From IMG/VR virus record IMGVR_UViG_3300016478_000061, positions 1 through 41,579 of that record: 41,579 nt of DNA; one strand, written 5' to 3'. The notes below the pieces were generated by a model. The model saw nothing but the letters and a program-made list of their open reading frames with translations, searched no databases and was not told the origin of the DNA. Positions 8,733-15,966 of the stretch are shown in pieces. The stretch's first letter is position 1. Every line of letters starts with the position of its first letter. The DNA comes from a virus. Taxonomy: Duplodnaviria > Caudoviricetes. The position numbers and the translations under genes were made by a program.

Positions 8733-9448
8733 TACCCAAGCTCCTTCGCACGGATCGCGCTATCAATGATATCTTGAAGGTCTTGCGCGTTGTCTTTGTA
8801 GCCGCGCTGTCCGCACTGAAGCGCCTTTTTGATTAGGTGCTGTAGAGCTGGGTTGCTAACTCCCCACGCTTGCAATACGTCGTATACATCGACCGACAGG
8901 CCGTGAATGGTCTTGGTGTACTTGCTTGGTGTGATAACTGGTTGCTTGGCGGTTGCTGCATCTTCTTCAGGTAGCAGGTTTCGGCCAATAATACCGCCAA
9001 AATTCTTAACATCCCCATCGCTTTGCAGGATTGATATTTTTGCATCTTTCACGCTGACGAATGGCTCGAACGCTTTCTGCTCAGGCCGCTTTTCGAGAGT
9101 GTCGCGCCAGTCGCCGAGAGCGATCCCTTTGCAGCAGACTTTAATTTTTACCGCTGTCCAGCCATCCACATATTTTCCTGGCAGTCCGGCAAGCCACTTC
9201 CATTCACCATCTTCATCTTGCGCCAGCCACTGCGCCCACTCCGGCGCATCATTCCAGCTCGGCTTGTTCTGCAACTCGGCGCGGCGGGCGAGCCATTGGT
9301 CTTTGGTTATCCAGCCAGCATCCGATAAGACGGAGCTCCAAATTAGCGTGCCCACATTGCGTGGCCAGCAAACCAAAACCTCGCGCCTGCCTTCCTGCCA
9401 CACGTGAACATTCCGTGCCAGCCAATCCAGATCTGTTTCGTTACTCAT
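8732..9448 (-). CDS. Modular hypothetical protein with C-terminal DUF3310-like domain
   Basis: Start MSNETD after AAGGAG. W.DAPEWAQWLAQD.DGEW module and VDVYDVL...HLIKKAL..GQRG.KD..QDL domain. Confidence 0.7.
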   Translation of the reverse strand: MSNETDLDWLARNVHVWQEGRREVLVCWPRNVGTLIWSSVLSDAGWITKDQWLARRAELQNKPSWNDAPEWAQWLAQDEDGEWKWLAGLPGKYVDGWTAVKIKVCCKGIALGDWRDTLEKRPEQKAFEPFVSVKDAKISILQSDGDVKNFGGIIGRNLLPEEDAATAKQPVITPSKYTKTIHGLSVDVYDVLQAWGVSNPALQHLIKKALQCGQRGYKDNAQDLQDIIDSAIRAKELG

Positions 9449-9767
9449 TGCTTTCTCCTTGGTTGTCTTGATGCAAAACGCGCCCGCTAAAATCACGAAT
9501 CGTCTTGCCCGACTTCTTGGCCAGCAGGAATTCGATATAGGCCCCCTCCGATTGCTCCCACCCTGGCAGCATCACCAGCTCGTCAGCCACCGCCACCATA
9601 GGAAGGCAGATCTGCATGTACTGGCCCTGGCTCAGTCCGTCAGGCAGTGTTGCCGGATTCAGGGCGCTGTGACCCTGTTCGGTCAGCTCGGAGGCGACCA
9701 TGTTGAACAGAGGGCGGTTGAAGTTTTTGATGCCGGACATTGGCCCGGCGATGTAGATGATGGTCAT
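9441..9767 (-). CDS. DUF4406 (nucleoside deoxyribosyltransferase-like) protein
   Basis: IYIAGPMSG..NFN..F, LNPA and LPGWEQSEGA..E motifs. Confidence 0.85.
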   Translation of the reverse strand: MTIIYIAGPMSGIKNFNRPLFNMVASELTEQGHSALNPATLPDGLSQGQYMQICLPMVAVADELVMLPGWEQSEGAYIEFLLAKKSGKTIRDFSGRVLHQDNQGESNE

Positions 9768-10348
9768 TTATTGTCTCCTGCGTCTATCGGGGCCTGATTG
9801 CCCCAGCAATCCCAGCCATCCGCCGCATCTCTGGCGAACAGCTCAACTCGCGGGACATCTCCGCACAGTCTTTCAATAGATTCTCGGAACTTGTGCGGCT
9901 TCTGGCTGTGGCGACCTACTGGCGCCTCGATGACAGCGCGGACTCCCTTATCCTTGATGAGTTGTCCCAGCTTGCCACGCACGCCAATCAGTGCGCTCTC
10001 AGACCCTGCTCGGGTAGCGAAACCCATACCGAAGACCGGGATCCGGTTCGCCTTGGTCAGCTTGCGCCAGACAAACCCGTTCATGTTGACCAAGCGGAAT
10101 CCCCAGGCTCGGCATAGGTCGATCGCCTCCTGCGGCATGGCCCCTACCCACCACATCACCAGCAGGCAATGATCGTCGGCCAGCTGGGCCACTGGCAGGT
10201 CCGCCATGTCGGACAGGCTGGTCACGGTGTATTTGGCCTCGGCCGAGCTGGTCATACTGCCGCCGGTATTGCGGTTTCCAAACTGCCAGGCCGGATCTGC
10301 ATAGATCACCCTGTACTTGCGTGGCGGGTTGTTGATGTCAATGTTCAA
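9764..10348 (-). CDS. MT-A70 family N6-adenine methyltransferase
   Basis: YRVIYADPAW, W.K, HSQKP and ELFAR motifs. TTG start at 10348 after AGGAGG, overlapping the upstream TGA. Confidence 0.88.
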   Translation of the reverse strand: MNIDINNPPRKYRVIYADPAWQFGNRNTGGSMTSSAEAKYTVTSLSDMADLPVAQLADDHCLLVMWWVGAMPQEAIDLCRAWGFRLVNMNGFVWRKLTKANRIPVFGMGFATRAGSESALIGVRGKLGQLIKDKGVRAVIEAPVGRHSQKPHKFRESIERLCGDVPRVELFARDAADGWDCWGNQAPIDAGDNK

Positions 10349-10572
10349 ATGATCCTCCTGTTTGCCGGCTGCGCGCCAACATACGGACACTGAGACATCA
10401 GCACGACACGCTCGCGCTCCCGCTCGATAGTGATGCGGCGGCCTGTCGGACTGGTCTTCGCTGCGTTGCGCTGCATGACCCCCAGCTGCTCCGGCGGCAG
10501 GGCAGCGACATAGGCTGCCCGCTGTTGCTGGTATTGTTCCTCGGCGCTGGCAAGTGCTTCTGCGAAGGTCAT
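10345..10572 (-). CDS. Hypothetical protein (75 aa)
   Basis: GGAGG RBS with ATGA coupling. Confidence 0.65.
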   Translation of the reverse strand: MTFAEALASAEEQYQQQRAAYVAALPPEQLGVMQRNAAKTSPTGRRITIERERERVVLMSQCPYVGAQPANRRII

Positions 10573-11033
10573 TTGGCCTCCGGCTTGGGATTGGTAGATA
10601 GTGCAGCCTGCCAAGCCGCCCACGTAATGTCCTTGATGTGCGGACCCTGCCTGTCAGGGTGGTAGTCGCGCCTAAACCAACGCTCAAATAGACCGCGGCT
10701 GCAATCGCCACCTGGCACCATTGCGAGATGCTGCTCGGCATGGATTGGCAGATTGCCGGCCATGGCGGCGTCAATCTCCTTCGTCAGCTTGGTATATCCC
10801 TTAACCCCGGCTCCACCACGGTGGTCCATGTATGGCTTGGCCTCCCTGAGCAATCCAGCCATCACCCGCACCTGCGCCTCCAACTCCTCGATGCGCTTTG
10901 CCATGCACATGGGTTCATCATCAAGAATCTGAAGGACGCCTGTTTTCGGTAGTCGCTCGGCCAGTCCCTTGGCTTGGTCTTCAGTTAAGCGCAATTCCTC
11001 ACCCATGGCTGCCAATTGTTGCTTGTCGTTCAT
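10569..11033 (-). CDS. Hypothetical protein
   Basis: AAGGAG RBS and ATGA overlap; common phage WAAWQAA tail. Confidence 0.65.
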   Translation of the reverse strand: MNDKQQLAAMGEELRLTEDQAKGLAERLPKTGVLQILDDEPMCMAKRIEELEAQVRVMAGLLREAKPYMDHRGGAGVKGYTKLTKEIDAAMAGNLPIHAEQHLAMVPGGDCSRGLFERWFRRDYHPDRQGPHIKDITWAAWQAALSTNPKPEAK

Positions 11034-11233
11034 TCCCAAATCTCCTTGTGTTCGCGCTCAATTCGGCGCATCTCTTGCTGTTCTTCCAGATCCCAGCGGC
11101 GCTTTGCTGCGGCCATGTCGGTTGGGCGCGGACGGCGACATGGATTGGCCAGCTCCTGGTTGCGGCGAGCCTCGGCGCTGCGCAGGCGCTCGGCGAAGGC
11201 TTCGTGGGTGGTGGGGCGGAGTTCGAATGTCAT
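11030..11233 (-). CDS. Hypothetical protein (67 aa)
   Basis: Coupled to both neighbours. Confidence 0.6.
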   Translation of the reverse strand: MTFELRPTTHEAFAERLRSAEARRNQELANPCRRPRPTDMAAAKRRWDLEEQQEMRRIEREHKEIWE

Positions 11234-11481
11234 GATGACGCTCCCTCGAATTCTTCCGGAAGCTCATCGACCAGATCAGCCCGAAGCACCAAGAATTTGC
11301 CAGAGTGCAGTTCATAGGCCTTTTTTCGCTTCGCAACCATCAGGTGCTCGGCCACAGATCTGCAGGCCTCAACGGTAATATCCCTTTTTTGTCCCACCCA
11401 GCAGCTTTTTTCAGTGTCCAGTGTTCCTTGGTATATTTTGCCAGTGAGCGGTGATGCTCCTATGTGCTTAACTTTAGCCAT
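11230..11481 (-). CDS. Conserved phage hypothetical protein (SPLTGKIY.G family)
   Basis: Recognisable small phage protein motif; coupled. Confidence 0.65.
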   Translation of the reverse strand: MAKVKHIGASPLTGKIYQGTLDTEKSCWVGQKRDITVEACRSVAEHLMVAKRKKAYELHSGKFLVLRADLVDELPEEFEGASS

Positions 11482-11642
11482 CACTCCACCCCCTGCTTAT
11501 CCAGCACCACCATGCGGCAGTGAGTCATTCCCATAAGCTGGAGCGCTTGCTCCGGCGTTGCGCCATGCACGTTGGCGGTTTCGAATCGCCCAGTGCGGCG
11601 ATTGGTGCCGCTGATGCGGTAGGTTTTGGTCTTGATTTTCAT
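11481..11642 (-). CDS. 53-aa protein MKIKTKTYRISGTNRRTGRFE...; absent from the ORF track
   Basis: CAGGAGA RBS, first gene after a promoter, TGATG overlap with the next gene. Confidence 0.7.
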   Translation of the reverse strand: MKIKTKTYRISGTNRRTGRFETANVHGATPEQALQLMGMTHCRMVVLDKQGVE

Positions 11643-11672
11643 TGGTTGTTCTCCTGCGTTGTTGACACCCCC

Positions 11673-11701
11673 AATGTAAAACGCCCCGCAATAAATTGCA
11701 A
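11673..11701 (-). promoter_or_regulatory. Early sigma70 promoter
   Basis: TTGCAA-N17-TACATT with A-rich upstream (UP-like) sequence. Confidence 0.7.
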
Positions 11702-11737
11702 GGCGCTTTGCGTATTATTTTTGGTTTTGTTGTAGGG

Positions 11738-12010
11738 CTACCGGTTGAACACCGCGAACCGCTTCCCGATGAACACCCGAAGCCGGGTGTTTGCCGCGAA
11801 CCGCGCCTTGCCGTGCTTGCGGTAGCTCAGCGGCTCAGACTCCCACGCCTCACGGTACGCCCTGGCGTAGGCATCACACACCTGCGAGCGAAGTGCTGGA
11901 TCGAGCATCCCCAGGCGGGCAGAGATTATCTTGGCGTCATCAGGGTGGTAGTAGGCCGGCATCTGCCCCCAGCGATTACTGGGTAGCACCGGCTTCAGTT
12001 CATCACCCAT
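11738..12010 (-). CDS. Hypothetical protein (90 aa)
   Basis: Overlaps the nuclease stop; Y...Y..AW...RF.ANTRLR motif. Confidence 0.65.
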   Translation of the reverse strand: MGDELKPVLPSNRWGQMPAYYHPDDAKIISARLGMLDPALRSQVCDAYARAYREAWESEPLSYRKHGKARFAANTRLRVFIGKRFAVFNR

Positions 12011-12419
12011 GGTTGTCTACCCATGCCCGCACCATCTTCATTGCCCCGGCAGCGCCCAGGGCTACGCCAGCGAAGGCGCCCAGGCCGGCGGCGGCAGCCA
12101 GGTAATCCACCTGCTCCTTGCTGATGGATGAAAGCGTATGGTCGCGCCGCTTCATCTCCATCACGATGGGCGGACACACCGGAATGATCACGTCGCTGGC
12201 ACCGGTGTTCATACCCTCCTGCCGATGCTGATGTCCCTGTCGCTTGGTGCGCTTGCCCTCGTTGCGGATGTGGGTGGCAACCTTGTCCAGATCTGGGAAC
12301 TCGGCCCGCAACTGGCAGAAGAAGCTAACCGCCTCGGCAGCTTCCATGGGACACTTGCCGCGCCATTCTGGGTCGCCGTAGAGGGGGATCCCGTGCTTGG
12401 ATAGGGTGGTGAGGTTCAT
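12003..12419 (-). CDS. VRR-NUC nuclease / Holliday junction resolvase
   Basis: HIRNEGKR...G...GASD...EMK...S.EQ motifs; downstream of the helicase as in T1-like phages. Confidence 0.85.
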   Translation of the reverse strand: MNLTTLSKHGIPLYGDPEWRGKCPMEAAEAVSFFCQLRAEFPDLDKVATHIRNEGKRTKRQGHQHRQEGMNTGASDVIIPVCPPIVMEMKRRDHTLSSISKEQVDYLAAAAGLGAFAGVALGAAGAMKMVRAWVDNHG

Positions 12420-12568
12420 TTGGTCTCCCCAGTGAAAACAATGCCGTGGAATTTCTTTAGAGCAGCAACAGCCTTTCTCCTTACCTCTTGCGTGGATCCT
12501 GTTCTTGCCAGCATCTCAAGACCTATTGCCCGGCTATTTGCCGGGTGCGCATATCCTTTTTTAGACAT
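12416..12568 (-). CDS. 50-aa basic protein MSKKGYAHPANSRAIGLEML...; absent from the ORF track
   Basis: Fills the gap exactly, overlapping both neighbours (ATGA). Confidence 0.6.
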   Translation of the reverse strand: MSKKGYAHPANSRAIGLEMLARTGSTQEVRRKAVAALKKFHGIVFTGETK

Positions 12569-14522
12569 AACTCACCCCCTGCACCTTAAAGTTGTAGTAA
12601 CCATTCTGCCCCATCGTCTTCTTCACCTTCACTGTCTTCGGCACGGCCCGCCACTCTGCGCACTCGGCGTATTCATCACCTATGGTCTCAAGCTCCCAGC
12701 CGTTGGCAGTGGCCATCCGGTTAAAGATCCAGTGCGCGCCCTTGGTGTGCCACGCGGTGATAGCCCCGATCTCGGTCTTGTAGATCACCTTCAGGCTGTG
12801 CTTGCCGGCTTGACCAACATAGGGCTCGTATTTGATATCAAGGCACAGTACGTCCTTGGTCTCTCCTTCCGCCATGATCCCGGCCACACCTGCCTTCTCG
12901 GTCAGCTTCTCGTTGGGGTCAACCAGCCGGATCTTGCACTCGGTGCAGTGTCGGGCGGCGATGTCGTTCTCTGCGAAGCAATCAGGGCACACCTTGAAAG
13001 AGAACCGGTGAGTACAGGGATAGGCCACGCCCTTGATCACCGCTGCCTCCGGATTACTGCATCGGCGGGAGTAGTGCGCAGGCACCGGAACCTCCTTGCT
13101 GTCGCAGTCTCCGAAGTCGTCCTTGGTGGACGGGTCCAGCACTCGCGTCGTCAGCACCATGCCATCCCACTCGCAGGGATCGCCATCGGCGTCAGTGGCC
13201 ACCACCCTCTCGGTGCCGGACACCAGGAAGTTGCCGAACCGGTCGTGCGCCAGACCGTCATACATCGGGTCGTTGCGCCGCTTCTTCATGCTGATGGCGT
13301 GGCAGGCTGGGCACTCGACCTGGATCTCCACCGACTCACCGGCCGCCTTGCGGGTCTTGATCTCTGGAGTGAAGATGTCCGACTCCAGTCCGTGGCGCTT
13401 GATGTTTTCGGCGAAATCCCAAACAAGGCAATCAGACTTATTTTCGCACAATCGAAGGCCGCGGCCGATTATCTGCTGCAACAAACTAGCTGACTCTGTG
13501 GGCCGCATTATCACAATAAAATCAACGTGCGGGACATCAAACCCAGTGGTCAGCACGCTCACGTTGACCAAGTACCGCAGTTTGCGAGCCTTGAACGACT
13601 GAATGATGGCCTCGCGCTCTTTTTTCTTCGTGGAGCCGGTGACCACCGCAGCCTGGTCCTGCGGCAGGTATCCAGCGATCTCCTCGGCATGGCTGATGGT
13701 GGCGGCGAAGATCATCACCCCCATTCGGCCAACCGACATGCTGACAACCTTTTCGATGATCGTCTTGGTCTTGGTGCTCTTCTCGAACGTCATCGCTACG
13801 GCGGCCGAGTCGAATTTGCCCATGCGGTTTAGCTCGAGCTTGCTGGTATCGTAGTGCTCGCCAGCATCCTCCCCGATCACCGGCTTGGTGAGAAAGCCCT
13901 GCGCCACCAGCTCGCCAGCGGTAACCCGGTAGACCAGTCTGGAGTAATACGGGTCGATCGCCTTCTCTTCGTCGTATAACAGAGGTGGATCCATGGTGTA
14001 GTCGGCTGCGTAGATGTAGCCGGTCCCCATCCGGTACGGGGTGGCGGTCATGCCGATCACCCGCAACAGCTCGTTGATGCGCTGACCGTTGAGCTCGTAC
14101 TCCTGCACCCGCTTGATGAGCTCAAGCATGGTCGGAGTGATGCCGTGCGCCTCGTCAACAATGATGGCGCTCACGCCCATGTGGGCGATCTTGTCGATGC
14201 TCTTGAGCGCGGTCTGCGGGCTGGCGAAGATCACTTGGTGGCGCAGGCATTTGGATCCGGCGCTGGCGCAGTAGATGCTGGTCTGGTAGCCGTAGGCCTG
14301 AAACTTGGCTGCGTTCTGTTCGACCAGCTCCTTGCTTGGAGCAATACACAGCACGCGCTTGTTTGGCGCGGCCTTGGCCATGTAGGCGGCAAGCTCGGCC
14401 ACGATCAGGCTCTTGCCTGCACCGGTGGCAAGCTCCAGCAGGCAAGGCGACAGGCGCCGGCGGATGTGCTCTACCACCGCATCGACGGCCTCTTGTTGGT
14501 ATGGGCGGAGGGTGAATCCCAT
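12561..14522 (-). CDS. SF2 DEAH helicase (RadD/YejH-like) with Zn fingers
   Basis: LRPYQ, ATGAGKS, DEAH, TATP, LTTGFD and QIIGRGLR motifs plus CxxC pairs. Confidence 0.95.
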   Translation of the reverse strand: MGFTLRPYQQEAVDAVVEHIRRRLSPCLLELATGAGKSLIVAELAAYMAKAAPNKRVLCIAPSKELVEQNAAKFQAYGYQTSIYCASAGSKCLRHQVIFASPQTALKSIDKIAHMGVSAIIVDEAHGITPTMLELIKRVQEYELNGQRINELLRVIGMTATPYRMGTGYIYAADYTMDPPLLYDEEKAIDPYYSRLVYRVTAGELVAQGFLTKPVIGEDAGEHYDTSKLELNRMGKFDSAAVAMTFEKSTKTKTIIEKVVSMSVGRMGVMIFAATISHAEEIAGYLPQDQAAVVTGSTKKKEREAIIQSFKARKLRYLVNVSVLTTGFDVPHVDFIVIMRPTESASLLQQIIGRGLRLCENKSDCLVWDFAENIKRHGLESDIFTPEIKTRKAAGESVEIQVECPACHAISMKKRRNDPMYDGLAHDRFGNFLVSGTERVVATDADGDPCEWDGMVLTTRVLDPSTKDDFGDCDSKEVPVPAHYSRRCSNPEAAVIKGVAYPCTHRFSFKVCPDCFAENDIAARHCTECKIRLVDPNEKLTEKAGVAGIMAEGETKDVLCLDIKYEPYVGQAGKHSLKVIYKTEIGAITAWHTKGAHWIFNRMATANGWELETIGDEYAECAEWRAVPKTVKVKKTMGQNGYYNFKVQGVSYV

Positions 14523-14580
14523 TTTGATCTCCTGATTTCCCCTGTGAGAGAAAGGCCGCGCGCGGCGGCCTGGGTGTTGA

Positions 14581-14796
14581 TTATGACAATGCCGTAAACC
14601 AAGCTTGAGACCGATACAGAATGTATCCTGCCTTCCTTAGGTGCTGAAGTCGCCCGTCGACAACTCTGTATGGGTCGCGATCAGGGATTAATTCTTCGCA
14701 GAGCTTCCTGGTTCTTGCAGTGATTGATGACGCTGTTTGGCATCCGTTTTTGATGAGGTGTAATATTTCCCCGTCAAGTTTCTCGTATTTTCTCAT
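14581..14796 (-). CDS. Small winged-helix-like protein (71 aa)
   Basis: RVVDGRLQHLRKAGYI motif; lower GC. Confidence 0.6.
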   Translation of the reverse strand: MRKYEKLDGEILHLIKNGCQTASSITARTRKLCEELIPDRDPYRVVDGRLQHLRKAGYILYRSQAWFTALS

Positions 14797-14805
14797 GGTT
14801 GCCCC

Positions 14806-15414
14806 TTAAAACCCGATGTCATCGTCGCTATCAACAGGGGTCCCCTGGTATTGCTGCTGATGCTCACGGATAGCCTGCTGCACTTTGCGGACGTTCTGGT
14901 CTCCTGGCATATCCATTGACGTAGCGTGGCTAGACTGCTGGCCAACCGGCGGCAACATCTTCTCGCGCAGATAGCCGAAGCCGCGCACAAAGTTGATCTC
15001 CCGTCCGTCATCCTCGGCAACAAGCAGGCCGAACTTGACCCGCATGTGTGCCCTGCCAACCCAGTGCTCCTCGATATTCTCGGTGGTCAACTCAAGGCGG
15101 CCATGACTGAGCGGGAAACCTGCTTGGGCATCCAGCACCGACAGGTTTTTCATGGCCAGGTCTCGCTTGCTGGCGTCCATGTCGTAAACCTTGGCGTTGT
15201 AGCGGTACTTTTGGTTGTAGAACTCGCCAGGGGTGGAGATCACAAAGTTGATGTAACAGGACTGCACCGCCTTGCCTTCTTCGATGCCGTTAAAGCCACC
15301 GGTTACGATTGCGTTCAGCTCGGTGCCTTCCGGGATGATCTTGTTCTGCCCGTCAAAAAAGCCATCGTATTCCAGATCTTCTTGGGAAACCTGATTGAGA
15401 AAAAGTCCTGACAT
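14806..15414 (-). CDS. ssb: Single-stranded DNA-binding protein
   Basis: IPEG motif, acidic SSB-Ct-like tail DSDDDIGF, replication context, CAGGAGA RBS. Confidence 0.72.
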   Translation of the reverse strand: MSGLFLNQVSQEDLEYDGFFDGQNKIIPEGTELNAIVTGGFNGIEEGKAVQSCYINFVISTPGEFYNQKYRYNAKVYDMDASKRDLAMKNLSVLDAQAGFPLSHGRLELTTENIEEHWVGRAHMRVKFGLLVAEDDGREINFVRGFGYLREKMLPPVGQQSSHATSMDMPGDQNVRKVQQAIREHQQQYQGTPVDSDDDIGF

Positions 15415-15483
15415 TTCATCTCTCCTGCTAGTGGTTTGTTTGCGCTGGGCCGCTTGGTGGCCGTAGCGCCGTTGGTGCAGTGA

Positions 15484-15530
15484 ATTGAACACCATATTAA
15501 CTTTACATGCAATTGTTTTTTTATGATAAT
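15484..15530. promoter_or_regulatory. Overlapping divergent sigma70 promoters
   Basis: Minus: TTGCAT-N17-TTCAAT (15512-15484). Plus: TTTACA-N17-GATAAT (15502-15530). Confidence 0.65.
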
Positions 15531-15558
15531 TGCCACACCAAAACAGAAGGAGCGAAAA

Positions 15559-15876
15559 ATGAACCAGAACACCCAAGCAGAAAAAGTTAAACGCCGCCCA
15601 GGCCGCCCGGCCGGCACCGGCAACTTTTCCAAGGAGAGAATGGAGGAGGATGTCAAGCGCGTTGAGCCCGTCATGGAGCGCGTCCGCGCCGCTATCGAGT
15701 GCGGGATTCGAGTGTCCGCGATCTGTGATGCGGCTGGCGTCAGCCAGGTAAAGCTGTCACGGGTGCATCGCCGGATCGGGCGCTACTATGGCAACTGGAA
15801 AGAGCACCTGACATTCACCGACGCGGAGCTTGCCGCTATCAGCAAGGCGATTGACGACATCAAGGCCGCCTTGTAG
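15559..15876 (+). CDS. DNA-binding regulator (AT-hook-like RRPGRP plus HTH)
   Basis: AAGGAG RBS; VSAICDAAGVSQVKLSR HTH-like segment. Confidence 0.7.
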   Translation: MNQNTQAEKVKRRPGRPAGTGNFSKERMEEDVKRVEPVMERVRAAIECGIRVSAICDAAGVSQVKLSRVHRRIGRYYGNWKEHLTFTDAELAAISKAIDDIKAAL

Positions 15877-15966
15877 GGTCATCAACCTGGCCGCGCACAG
15901 GGCGGCCAAACACCACGGCAAGGCCGGCAGGCACAGCCGCACACAGGACAGACACAGGACGAGCAC

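Noticed and set aside
10349-10774. Long N-terminal extension of the MT-A70 ORF in the ORF track
   Set aside because: It overlaps two better-supported genes; the TTG at 10348 has an AGGAGG RBS.
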